A stretch of 64,000 nt of DNA from Eledone cirrhosa (Eukaryota), in assembly GCA_964016885.1 (NCBI GenBank), contig OZ024741.1:202616001-202680000 (forward strand), in the 5' to 3' direction. Shown piece after piece: positions 26,981 to 38,745 of this stretch; position 1 is the stretch's first letter; each line of letters starts with the position of its first letter. The position numbers and the translations under genes were made by a program. The notes beneath the pieces are model-generated. The model had not been told where the DNA came from. It did not search any database and was given only the letters and a program-made list of their open reading frames with translations.

Positions 26981-27410
26981 TCTCATCCACTTATATGGAT
27001 TCTGAACACGTATACACGCTTAGGTCACATTAAGGTCAACTGCAGGAATCGGTGATAAGTTACAAAAAAGTGTGATGATCAAAGACCTGGAAGTTGACTT
27101 ACCATAAGATTAATCCAAAGAATAAAACCCAAATGGTGACGAATATTCGTACTCCCGGCATTTTAATTCTAACATGCCGTCTTTGAGAGTAGAGGTTATT
27201 TTGTCGATATTTCGAGGTGTCGGATCGTGGGAAGATTAACATGAATTAAGAAAATGTAACTTCTCCCCCATGATCTGCCATAAACACACCTAGCAAAGGT
27301 TGCTATTGGAAATCCAGTATGGGCACCCAGGGTCGGTCGCATTTTCAGGCTGACTCTGGGAACTGCGAATAACCCCAGCTTTCCTGGGTATTACCGGGTA
27401 CTGTAGCTAG
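26981..27410 (+). mobile_element. Possible Helitron-like element (3' end)
   Basis: Hairpin CCCAG-CTTTC-CTGGG followed by CTAG|T at 27407-27410. The 5' TC is uncertain. Confidence 0.4.
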
Positions 27411-27603
27411 TATATATATATCTAGACATGTATGCATATTGATATACATACATATACACGTATATATACAGATAGTATCAGTAATGGAAAGATCAAAGGA
27501 AACATTGTTTCCTTGGTCTGATCTAATGATCGGCTTCTTTCCTTTAAATACATATATATATATACTGGAATTGAATAATCAAAACCGTAGTGGTATGTCA
27601 CAT

Positions 27604-27689
27604 ATCAAATCATATATTTTGTCTGATGAAAACGTACTTAAACACCATTGTACCTTTGAAATATATATAATTAAAATATATATTTTGAT
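27604..27689 (+). ncRNA. Type I hammerhead ribozyme
   Basis: CTGATGA(27623)-AAACGTAC..GTACCTTT-GAAA-TATATA-TA. Extended stem I ATCAAA..ATATATTTTGT / AT.AAAATATAT..TTTGAT. Confidence 0.7.
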
Positions 27690-27721
27690 TCTGAGAATAT
27701 ATTTCATTTATTAACATTTTG

Positions 27722-27791
<70 letters not shown>

Positions 27792-27823
27792 CAAAATGTT
27801 AATAAATGAAATATATTCTCAGA

Positions 27824-27909
27824 ATCAAAATATATATTTTAATTATATATATTTCAAAGGTACAATGGTGTTTAAGTACGTTTTCATCAGACAAAATATA
27901 TGATTTGAT
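27824..27909 (-). ncRNA. Mirror copy of the 27604-27689 hammerhead
   Basis: Exact reverse complement. Confidence 0.7.
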
Positions 27910-27975
27910 ATGTGACATACCACTACGGTTTTGATTATTCAATTCCAGTATATATATATATGTATTTAAAGGAAA

Positions 27976-28009
<34 letters not shown>

Positions 28010-28015
<6 letters not shown>

Positions 28016-28275
28016 GAATATTTTCGAAACAGCGAGTGGGTTTGAAATTATTAGAAATGTAAGTTATCGCCGTATTTTGACTAAAGAAATTAAAGAAATT
28101 ATTTAGCATGATAGAAGGGTTAAGAACCCTCGGAGAACCCTGGGTGATGTGTTGGTGTAAATGGTAGCACAGTGGTCCGGATAACCAAAGATGTGGGCTC
28201 GACTCCCATGTACGTCAATACTCATCTTTTTCCATTTCTCCGAGAGTTCTTAACCCCACTATCAGGCTAAATAAT
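28010..28275. mobile_element. Asymmetric fold-back element enclosing a tRNA-like sequence
   Basis: ~40-bp inverted repeat ATTATTTAGCATGATAGAAGGGTTAAGAACCCTCGGAGAA / TTCTCCGAGAGTTCTTAACCCCACTATCAGGCTAAATAAT, with (TA)n on both sides. Confidence 0.7.
28146..28217 (+). pseudogene. tRNA-like cloverleaf (72 nt; tRNA-derived or pseudo-tRNA)
   Basis: Acceptor GATGTGT/GTACGTC+A, D stem GTGT/GCAC, anticodon arm TGGT-CCGGATA-ACCA, T arm GTGGG-CTCGACT-CCCAT, TTTTT terminator ~10 nt downstream. Lacks U33 and has non-standard GGA with a short variable loop. Confidence 0.6.
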
Positions 28276-28514
28276 ATATATATATATATATAAAATATTA
28301 GGAAAAACTAGCTAGGCTGGACAGAAGAAGAATTTATTATCTAAAATATAATTTGGCTATATTCTTGGTGGCGAGTTCCACATTTCTGCAACAAGGATCT
28401 CTTACTGCTGACAAAGCTAATATACAAATTCTATTTTGGTTTACAGAAAAAAAAATCAAAATATAAAGTTTAAATAACAAAAATAGTAAACAAAAAATAA
28501 GTACAGGCATAACA

Positions 28515-28662
28515 ATTCTGAGTTCAAATGCTGCTGAGGTTAGCTTTGCCTTTCACCCTTACGGGGTTGATAAAATAAAGTACTAGTAATGCACTGGGTA
28601 GATTTAATCGACTTTTCCCTTCCCCAAAATTGTTGGCCTTGTGCCTAAAGTAGAAATCAATA
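28515..28662 (+). mobile_element. Family A SINE, 5'-truncated
   Basis: B box, core and tail. Confidence 0.8.
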
Positions 28663-29149
28663 ATCATACCAAGTATATATATTAAATTTGTATGTGTGAA
28701 GGGGATTACAGTTCAAATGACGAATGAGAAGAATGGTAGGGTTTTAAGTGGAGAAATTTTCAAAGTGAGGACTATGACTGGTCTGGAATCCTATTGCAAT
28801 CATTTAGAGAGATTGGTAATGTAGAAGGGAGAAGAGTTAGAGAAAGAAAAAAGAGAAAAAAGAAAAATGAAAGACAAAAACGAAAAGACCAGAAATGATA
28901 AGATTTCATTGAAAAACAATAAATTAAATTGAGGAGCAAAAGTTTGGAATTATCACAACAGAAACAAACACCAGAAGAGACAAGTGGGTGCCAGAACGAA
29001 TAAAAAACGGCGCAAGGACATGTTAGGTAAGGAGTGAGTTAATTAATGTAGAATGGATACAGAGATACGAAATCTAAACCTATGCTAGTCCGGGTGATAC
29101 TTAGAGAAAGTTTTTAATGCCTTATGTTGGCAGTTAAAGATTCTATCGT

Positions 29150-29518
29150 GTCGAGAGTTCAATAGATACGGCCCAATCATAATCTCCAACACTTCCATCA
29201 CACGGAGATTGGTGGAGCATCTTTCGTTTCGGTATGAGCGGGCGAATCGTAACACTGAGCAAGAAAGTGTGTAATCTCGTTTTAATCTATATTATTACGT
29301 TTTTGGCTAGGGGATTAGTTTTACATAGCCCGGAATTTTTTAATGAGTGGGTGTGCACATACCATCTTTTAAAAATTTTTTTATTGTAGCACCCACATAT
29401 CCCCAATTCTGTTTTGACCTCATCACATCGGTAAATAATGTTTTTATACATATATTTTTCTATTCAAGGACATTCATTGGGTTGTCTTTGACATACACAA
29501 ACGAAATTTTATTTACCT

Positions 29519-29520
<2 letters not shown>
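29150..29520 (-). mobile_element. Degenerate Penelope-like GIY-YIG fragment
   Basis: Frameshifted KNIIYRC..VKT / YVGATIKKF / KRWYVHTHSL parallels NIVYKCKVKT..YIGLTANRFKQRLYMHTHSF at 60351-60935. Confidence 0.6.
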
Positions 29521-29583
<63 letters not shown>

Positions 29584-29719
29584 CGCATATAAATGTATAT
29601 ATGCACACATATATGCATGTGTACATACAAACACACACACACATATATATATGTGCATATATAAATATGTATATATATGTGCATATATATGTGTATATAT
29701 ATATGTATATGTAAATATA

Positions 29720-29761
<42 letters not shown>

Positions 29762-30002
29762 AATGTATATGTGCATATATAAATATGTATATATACAGTG
29801 ATACAGTGTGTATATATATATATATATGTAAATATATATATATACATATATATATTTATGTATATGTGCATATATAAATATGTATATATACAGTGTGTAT
29901 ATATATATATATATATATGTATATGTAAATATATATATATATATATATATACATATATATATTTATATGTATATGCATATATATATATACACATATATAT
30001 AT

Positions 30003-30104
<102 letters not shown>

Positions 30105-30363
30105 ACCACAAAACAAACAGCTTAGTCATACAACAAGATAACAATTATGCTGGCAGACAGGAACCACTCCTTGCGATAGTGAAAAGACGGAAGCTTGAAA
30201 ATTAGAATTGGTGCTCTGAAATACCGATATATATATATGAATGTATATATAGTGTATTTTGCAATACACTGTATGCTTATTAAAGGCATTCTGAAGACCT
30301 TACGCTATTGTTTTAAAGTACTGACTATGTCACTTACTTCTTTTTTCAACAAACAAAGGGAAA

Positions 30364-30410
30364 AAATTGACCGATCTCTGTTTCATACTGTTGGTATTCC
30401 TCAGAGCTTA
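30364..30410 (-). ncRNA. Type I hammerhead ribozyme (retrozyme-like unit, minus arm)
   Basis: TAAGCT-CTGAGGA-ATAC-CAACA-GTAT-GAAA-CAGAGATCGG-TC-AATT. Stems I and III are partly decayed. Confidence 0.65.
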
Positions 30411-30801
30411 ACACTCCGCTTGTTTGTTGAAAATTATGAATGTTGGATTCTTATAGAATTCCAGTAATAATCAGGAACTGATTATACAGAGCAGTTGCCG
30501 GTCCAGCAAAAATTGAAAATTAGAATTGGTGCTCTGAAATTGTTTGTTGAAAAAAGATGTAAGTGACATAGTCACTACTATAAAACAATAGCGTAAGGTC
30601 TTCAAAATGATTTTAATTAAGCATACAGTGTATTGCAAAATACACTATATATACATTCATATATATATATATAGCGCTATTTCAGAGCACCAATTCTAAT
30701 TTTCAATTTTTGCTGGACTGCTCTGTATAATCAGTTCATGATTATTACTGAAATTCTATAAGAATCCAACATTCATAATATTCAACAAACAAGCGGAGTG
30801 C

Positions 30802-30849
30802 TAAGCTCTGAGGAATACCAACAGTATGAAACAGAGATATGTCAGCTTA
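30802..30849 (+). ncRNA. Type I hammerhead ribozyme (retrozyme-like unit, plus arm)
   Basis: TAAGCT-CTGAGGA-ATAC-CAACA-GTAT-GAAA-CA-GAGATA-TG-TC^AGCTTA. All three stems pair, with a canonical GUC site. Confidence 0.85.
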
Positions 30850-30963
30850 TCTCCCTTTGTTTGTTGAAAAAAGAAGTAAGTGACATAGTCACTAATTTAA
30901 AGCTGATAGCGTATGGTCTTCTAAATATTTTTAATTAAACATACGGTATATTGCCAAATATAC

Positions 30964-31029
<66 letters not shown>

Positions 31030-31121
31030 TATGTATTCTTATATATATAAATATATATAAACATATATACATTTATTTATATATATATATTTATATATAT
31101 GTATATATATGCATATGTATG

Positions 31122-31155
<34 letters not shown>

Positions 31156-31164
31156 TATATATAT

Positions 31165-31291
<127 letters not shown>

Positions 31292-31298
31292 GACACAC

Positions 31299-31368
<70 letters not shown>

Positions 31369-31370
<2 letters not shown>

Positions 31371-31498
31371 CGAAGGAGTTGTGGTAAGGAACCAGATGGA
31401 CCATAACGCACCAGAGTACTCAATACTTAGGGTAGCAGAGTTGGTAATAGGAAAAACGTCGAAACGGCTTAAGCTCTGCCGTCGGGGTCATACTTTTT

Positions 31499-31501
<3 letters not shown>
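31369..31501. repeat. Short TA-embedded fold-back family (other copies 45527-45667, 49131-49312; trace at 44351-44368)
   Basis: Shared ACGAAGGA..GTGGTAAGGAACCAG..GGACCATAACGCACC and GTCGAAACGGCTT segments. Confidence 0.75.
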
Positions 31502-31541
<40 letters not shown>

Positions 31542-31545
<4 letters not shown>

Positions 31546-31690
31546 TTGTGGTTGACGTCTGAAAGAAAGGTGTACTCAATACCGAGTTTTAATATTCATT
31601 TTTATTAAGGCTAAAATGTGAGTCTTGCTACTCTGGAGTTGAAACTCCAGAGGAACATGACTCACTTTTTAGCCTTAATAAAAATGAATA
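31542..31690. repeat. Asymmetric fold-back of an HHR 3' half (family of 21115-21300)
   Basis: Inverted repeat centred on CTCTGGAGTT|GAAACTCCAGAG. Shares TACTCAATACCGA and TTAAGGCTAAA with 21150-21200. Confidence 0.7.
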
Positions 31691-31834
31691 TATATATATA
31701 TATATATGCGTGTGTATGTGTGTATATATAAAGTATAACTGTATTGAAGTTAAGTAGAATATATATACATATATATACATATATGTATACATAAACATAA
31801 ATCTATATATATGTATATACATATGTATATATAA

Positions 31835-31868
<34 letters not shown>

Positions 31869-32004
31869 ATATATATATACATATACACATATATATATAC
31901 ATATATATATATATATTTATGTTTATGTATACATATATGTATATATGTACATATATTCTACTTAACTTCAATACAGTTATACTTTATATATACACACATA
32001 CACA

Positions 32005-32119
<115 letters not shown>

Positions 32120-32279
32120 ATATATGTATTTATATATATATATATATGTATATATGTATTATATATATATATGTATATATGTATTTACATATATGTATAT
32201 ATGTATTTATATATATATATATATGTATATATGTGTATATATATATATATATTTATATATTCATATATATATATATACA

Positions 32280-32321
<42 letters not shown>

Positions 32322-32322
<1 letters not shown>

Positions 32323-32548
32323 GTACAAACTCTTCGTACTCCTGGAGATGAGGGTTGCACATTTTTCCGGGGTATGTGTTACCCATATGAAATGTCTCCC
32401 CCTATTGGGGAAAATAGATTAGTTTTTAAATTACATTTGTGATAGCATTTTACACGTTTTTATTGTATGTAAACTTCCCCCTTTGTATTTGTCCCTTTCT
32501 TTTGTGCCCCTGTGGCTAATAAAGAAACATATCCCTCTATCTATCTAA

Positions 32549-32607
<59 letters not shown>

Positions 32608-32720
32608 GACTAACTTTTTAAATTCCATTTGTGATAACATTTTACACGTTTTTATTGTATGTAAACTTCCCCCTTTGTATTTGTCCCCTTCTTTTGTGCC
32701 CCTGTGGCTAATAAAGAAAT
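32322..32720 (+). mobile_element. Two stacked Tx1-type LINE 3' UTR fragments separated by (ATCT)n
   Basis: Match 39463-39670. Each ends AATAAAGAAA followed by (ATCT)n. Confidence 0.85.
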
Positions 32721-32736
32721 ATATCTATCTATCTAT

Positions 32737-35465
32737 AGAATTAACAGGTAAATTAGAAGAGGCAATCAAGAGCGAAGATGTGGCCAGAGTGCTGGCATCG
32801 AGGACGGCCTTGAACCAGTTTTTCGATGCAAAGCACGAAGGCTGCGTCATTCGAAGTAAAATACGTGCTCTAGGTAATGAGGGGGCCAAAGCCGTTGGAT
32901 GGGCCCGCGTGACAGAAGCTAAGAGTGGAAATCGATCCACCATCCGGTCGTTGCAAGACGAAGATGGACGGGTGATCCGGGAGCCTAAGCAGATGTGCGA
33001 GGCCTTTCAAAGGCACTTTGCCCGATTGTTCGGGGGAGGCGAGGGTCCGGGCGGGGGCGTGGATTTCGGTCCATACCTCGACGGCCTGCCGCGTCTCTCG
33101 AACGAAGAGGCAGAGTCCTGCGAGGGACCAATCTCGGCTGATGAGATCGGAGATGCGCTGAGCCAATGCAGCAGACGCAAATCTCCAGATCTCGATGGTA
33201 TACCTTACGAACTTTATTTAGCAATGCCGGTCTTCTTCTCCGAACTCCTCGAAGCGGTCTAGTGCAATTGGCAGCAGAACGGGAGAATTCCTTGTTCTGT
33301 AGCCAAGGGCGTAGTCACGCTGGTGAGGAAGGACGAGAACAAGGGGGATAATATAAATAATTTTCGGCCCATAACCCTGCTAAACACAGAGTTAAAGATT
33401 TTGGCCAAGGTGTTAGCAAAGAGGTTGGCGCTTGTCGTGGGTGGCCTGGTGGGAGATGCGCAGACATGTGCTATCCCATCCAGGTCCATTCATGATAACC
33501 TCCACCTCATGCGATACATCATAGAGAGGGTTGGCAACAAACCCGGCTTCGGAGGGGCCCTGATCAACTTAGATCAGTCTAAGGCCTTCGATAGGGTCGA
33601 CCATGGTTACCTGGATGCGGTGCTAGCGGCGGCTGGGTTCGGTCCTGTTTTCAGAGGCTGGATCACTGCCCTACATAGCAACCACATCTGTTCTAGGATC
33701 AAGGTGAACGGCTACATTTCGAAGCCGTTCGAAATCACACGATCCATTCGACAGGGGTGCCCTCTCTCCTCCCTTCTGTGCGTATTGACTCTCGAGCCTT
33801 TACTGAGGAAGTTGGAGTTGTGGCAGGGTATCCCCCTGGAACCAGGATTGAGCAAAGCGGTGTCGGCCTACGCCGATGACGTAACAGTAATGGTATCAAC
33901 CGACTCGGAGATCGAGGCGATCGGTACCTTACTGGAGGAGTACGAAAGGTTGTCAGGAGCGAAACTGAACCGGGAAAAATCCATCGGGCTGCAACTCGGA
34001 ACGTGGAGAGGCAGACCGATGCCTCCTGACGGTGTCGTCGGACACTGGACGGAGGGCCCGGTAAAGTTGCTTGGGGTCTGGTTTGGACCGGACCTCCAGG
34101 TGGAAAAGAACTGGAACGAGGTTACGAACAAGGTGTTTGCACTAACCCAGAAATGGGCCAAGTGTAAGCTGTCCCTAAAAGGCCGGGCGGAGGTGGCGAA
34201 CATTTACATAGCGTCCGTCACTTACTACCGCCTGACTGTCGTGCCTTGCCCTAAGGAAACACTCACCACCATGGAACGCATGCTCTTCCAATTTCTTTGG
34301 AAGAAGCGTCCTCCTATGGTGAGAAGATCCATCTGCTGCCAACAACCTTCGAAAGGAGGGCTGGGGATGCCGTGGTTGATGATGCGTAGGCACGCATCAA
34401 GGCTACGGCACCTACAGGTATTCCTCACTGGTCAACCGGTGTGGGCTCCGTTCGTGAAACGAGCCTTTCCGAGACTCGTCTCGCTCACCGAGCTACAGTC
34501 CTCGGTCAAGAAAAGATCCGGAAAACTGGGAGACTGGCACACTGAGTGTGCTCAGGCGCTCAGGGCTCTCTGGCAAGCGGGCCAGGCCATCGGTGGAGAA
34601 TCCACCTCATCATTCTATAGAGGGCTGGTGGCTAGCAGGGGCGATGACACCCTTGGAGAGTCGCTGGACATGGAAGAAGACGAACTGGCCAGCCTGTTCG
34701 GTAGGACTTTCGGCCCAGGACCAATGGACAACTTCCAGAAGTCACTGGCCTGGCAGTGCTACCGGGGGGCTCTACCCGTTCGAGAGAGGCTCTACAGACA
34801 CGGGCGCCCGGGCAGGGATCCCTCGAAAAAGATTTGCACTAGATGCGTGCGTCACGAAGAAACCGTTGCGCACGCATTGGTGCAATGTCCGGGCGTGGCT
34901 GATCTGTGGGGCTACGCCGAACGGCTGCTGTCGCGGGTGGCGCCGATTAAATTGACCGCCGAGTCCGTGATGACAATCAAACCACCTCCCCTCTTCACAA
35001 AGGAAGCAAAGGCGGTTTTTCTGTGCGTAATAGCCATGTTGAAAGAAGTTGTTTGGTGGACACGATTGAAAGGTCTGAGGTCAGGCAACTTCCTCTCTGG
35101 CCATAGTCTGGTCTACTTCTTCCGATATCACTTCGGAAGAAGGATAAGAATGGAGAGAGAGGTGCTTGGCCACAGGCAGTTTTATGAAAGGTGGGTGATA
35201 GTGGCGAGAATGGCTCGTGTAAATGGGCCTTCTCTGTATACCATCCTGTAGGTAAAGAAGTAAAGGAGAGGGGAGCACCTTCTCCATGTGCTCCCCGGGC
35301 AAAGGATTGCACACTTTTTCGGGGGTGTGTGCAACCCCCATCACGTCCCCTCCCTTTTGAGGTTATTTTCGATTATTTTCATGTTACACCCTTTTTACTC
35401 GATTATATGTAAACTCCCCCTTTGTATTTGTCCCTTCTTTTTATGCCTTTATGGTAAATAAAGAA

Positions 35466-35466
<1 letters not shown>
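32737..35466 (+). mobile_element. 5'-truncated L1/Tx1-clade LINE, ORF2 (RT plus CCHC), one in-frame stop at 33260
   Basis: KSPDLDG, FRPITLLNTELKILAK, LDQSKAFDRVDH, IRQGCPLS, YADD, GGLGMP, CTRC..EETVAHALVQC. Ends AATAAA plus (ATCT)n. Confidence 0.95.
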
Positions 35467-35530
<64 letters not shown>

Positions 35531-35531
<1 letters not shown>

Positions 35532-35745
35532 GTACAAACTCTTCGTACTCCTGGAGATGAGGGTTGCACATTTTTTCGGGGGTATGTGTTACCCATATGA
35601 AATGTCTCCCCCTATTGGGGAAAATAGATTAGTTTTTAAATTACATTTGTGATAGCATTTTACACGTTTTTATTGTATGTAAACTTCCCCCTTTGTATTT
35701 GTCCCTTTCTTTTGTGCCCCTGTGGCTAATAAAGAAACATATCCC

Positions 35746-35801
<56 letters not shown>

Positions 35802-35915
35802 GACTAACTTTTTAAATTCCATTTGTGATAACATTTTACACGTTTTTATTGTATGTAAACTTCCCCCTTTGCATTTGTCCCCTTCTTTTGTGCCCCTGTG
35901 GCTAATAAAGAAATA
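35531..35915 (+). mobile_element. Duplicate of the two stacked LINE 3' UTR fragments
   Basis: Near-identical to 32322-32720. Confidence 0.85.
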
Positions 35916-35930
35916 TATCTATCTATCTAT

Positions 35931-38660
35931 AGAATTAACAGGTAAATTAGAAGAGGCAATCAAGAGCGAAGATGTGGCCAGAGTGCTGGCATCGAGGACG
36001 GCCTTGAACCAGTTTTTCGATGCAAAGCACGAAGGCTGCGTCATTCGAAGTAAAATACGTGCTCTAGGTAATGAGGGGGGCCAAAGCCGTTGGCTGGGCC
36101 CGCGTGAATGAAGCTAAGAGTGGAAATCGATCCACCATCCGGTCTTTGCAAGACGAGGATGGACGGGTGATCCGGGAGCCTAAGCAGATGTGCGAGGCCT
36201 TTCAAAGGCACTTTGCCCGATTATTCGGGGGAGGCGAGGGTCCGGGCGGGGACGTGGATTTCGGTCCATACCTCGACGGCCTGCCTCGTCTCTCGAGCGA
36301 AGAGGCAGAGTCCTGCGAGGGACCAATCTCGGCTGATGAGATCGGGGATGCGCTGAGCCAATGCAGCAGACGCAAATCTCCAGGTCTCGATGGTATACCT
36401 TACGAACTTTATTTAGCAATGCCGGTCTTCTTCTCCGAACTTCTCGAAGCTGTCTACTGCAATTGGCAGCAGAACGGGAGAATTCCTTGTTCTGTAGCCA
36501 AGGGCGTAGTCTCGCTGGTGAGGAAGGACGAGAACAAGGGGGATAATATAAATAATTTTCGGCCCATAACCCTGCTAAACACAGAGTTAAAGATTTTGGC
36601 CAAGGTGTCAGCAAAGAGGTTGGTGCTTGTCGTGGGTGGCCTGGTGGGAGATGCGCAGACATGTGCTATCCCATCCAGGTCCATTCACGATAACCTCCAC
36701 CTCATGCGATACATCATAGAGAGGGTTGGCAACAAACCCGGCTTCGGTGGGGCCCTGATCAACTTGGATCAGTCTAAGGCCTTCGATAGGGTCGACCATG
36801 GTTACCTGGATGCGGTGCTAGCGGCGGCTGGGTTCGGTCCTGTTTTCAGAGGCTGGATCACTGCCTTACATAGCAACCACATCAATTCTAGGATCAAGGT
36901 GAACGGCTACCTTTCGAAGCCGTTCGAAATCACACGATCCATTCGACAGGGGTGCCCTCTCTCCTCCCTTCTGTACGTATTGACTCTCGAGCCTTTACTG
37001 AGGAAGTTGGAGTTGTTGCAGGGTATCCTCCTGGAACCAGGATTGAGCAAAGCGGTGTCGGCCTACGCCGATGACGTAACAGTAATGGTATCGACCGACT
37101 CGGAGATCGAGGCGATGGGTACTTTACTGGAGGATTACGAAAGGTTGTCAGGAGCGAAACTGAACCGGGAAAAATCCATCGGGCTGCAACTCGGAACGTG
37201 GAGAGGCAGACCGATGCCTCCCGACGGTGTCGTCGGACACTGGACGGAGGGCCCGGTGAAGTTGCTTGGGGTCTGGTTTTGACAGGACCTCCAGGTGGAA
37301 AAGAACTGGGACGAGGTTACGAACAAGGTGTTTGCACTAACCCAGAAATGGGCCAAGTGTAAGCTGTCCCTAAAAGGTCGGGCGGAGGTGGCGAACATTT
37401 ACATAGCGTCCGTCACTTACTACCGCCTGACTGTCGTGCCTTGCCCTAAGGAAACACTCACCACCATGGAACGCATGCTCTTCCAATTTCTTTGGAAGAA
37501 GCGCCCTCCTATGGTGAGAATATCCATCTGCTGCCAACAACCTTCGAAAGGAGGGCTGGGGATGCCGTGGTTGATGATGCGTAGGCACGCATTAAGGCTA
37601 CGGCACCTACAGGTATTCCTCACTGGTCAACCGGTGTGGGCTCCGTTCGTGAAACGAGCCTTTCCGAGACTCGTTTCGCTCACCGAGCTGCAGTCCTGGG
37701 TCAAGCAAAGATCCGGAAAACTGGGAGACTGGCACACTGAGTGTGCCCAGGCGCTCAGGGCTCTCTGGCAAGAGGGCCAGGCCATCGGTGGAGAATCCAC
37801 CTCATCATTCTATAGAGGGCTGGTGGCTAGCAGGGGCGATGACACCCTTGGAGAGTCGCTGGACATGGAAGAGGACGAACTGGCCAGCCTGTTCGGTAGG
37901 ACTTTCGGCCTGGGACCAATGGACAACTTCCAGAAGTCACTAGCCTGGCAGTGCTACCGGGGGGCTCTACCCGTTCGAGAGAGGCTCTACAGACACGGGC
38001 GCCCGGGCAGGGATCCCTCGAAAAAGATTTGCCCTAGATGCGTGCGTCACGAAGAAACCGTTGCGCACGCATTGGTTCAATGTCCGGGCGTGGCTGATCT
38101 GTGGGGCTACGCCGAACGACTGCTGTCGCGGGTGGCGCCGATTCGATTGACTGCCGAGTCCGTGATGACAATCAAGCCGCCTCCCCTCTTCACAAAGGAA
38201 GCAAAGGCGGTTTTTCTGTGCGTAATAACCATGTTGAAAGAGGTTGTTTGGTGGACACGATTGAAAGGTCTGAGGTCAGGCAACTTCCTCTCTGGCCATA
38301 GTCTGGTCTACTTCTTCCGATATCACTTCGGAAGAAGGATAAGAATGGAGAGAGAGGTGCTTGGCCACAGGCAGTTTTATGAAAGGTGGGTGATAGTGGC
38401 GAGAATGGCTCGTGTAAATGGGCCTTCTCTGTATACCATCCTGTAGGTAAAGAAGTGAAGGAGAGGGGAGCACCTTCTCCATGTGCTCCCCGGGCAAAGG
38501 ATTGTACACTTTTTCGGGGGTGTGTGCAACCCCCATCACGTCCCCTCCCTTTTGAGGTTGTTTTCGATTATTTTCATTTTATACCCTTTTTACTCGATTT
38601 TGTGTAAACTCTCCCTTTGTATTTGTCCCTTCTTTTTATGCCTTTATGGTAAATAAAGAA

Positions 38661-38661
<1 letters not shown>
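35931..38661 (+). mobile_element. Second 5'-truncated L1/Tx1-clade LINE copy (frameshift ~36075, stop 37280)
   Basis: Same motifs and the same 5' truncation point as 32737-35466, offset ~3194 bp. Confidence 0.95.

Positions 38662-38745
<84 letters not shown>

Larger units (their letters stand above)
27536..27978. repeat. Tail-to-tail perfect inverted repeat (~190-bp arms) around (TA)n
   Basis: 27536-27725 is mirrored by 27787-27978. A third, direct copy lies at 59726-59985. Confidence 0.95.
30195..30967. mobile_element. Retrozyme-like ~317-bp tandem unit in head-to-head arrangement
   Basis: Minus arm 30195-30540 (repeat starts 30195 and 30513). Plus arm 30541-30967 (repeat starts 30541 and 30858). 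One HHR per unit. Confidence 0.75.

Noticed and set aside
28146-28217. Functional tRNA-Ser(GGA) gene
   Set aside because: C at position 33, altered T loop, no long variable arm, an anticodon atypical for eukaryotes, and a location inside a repeat.
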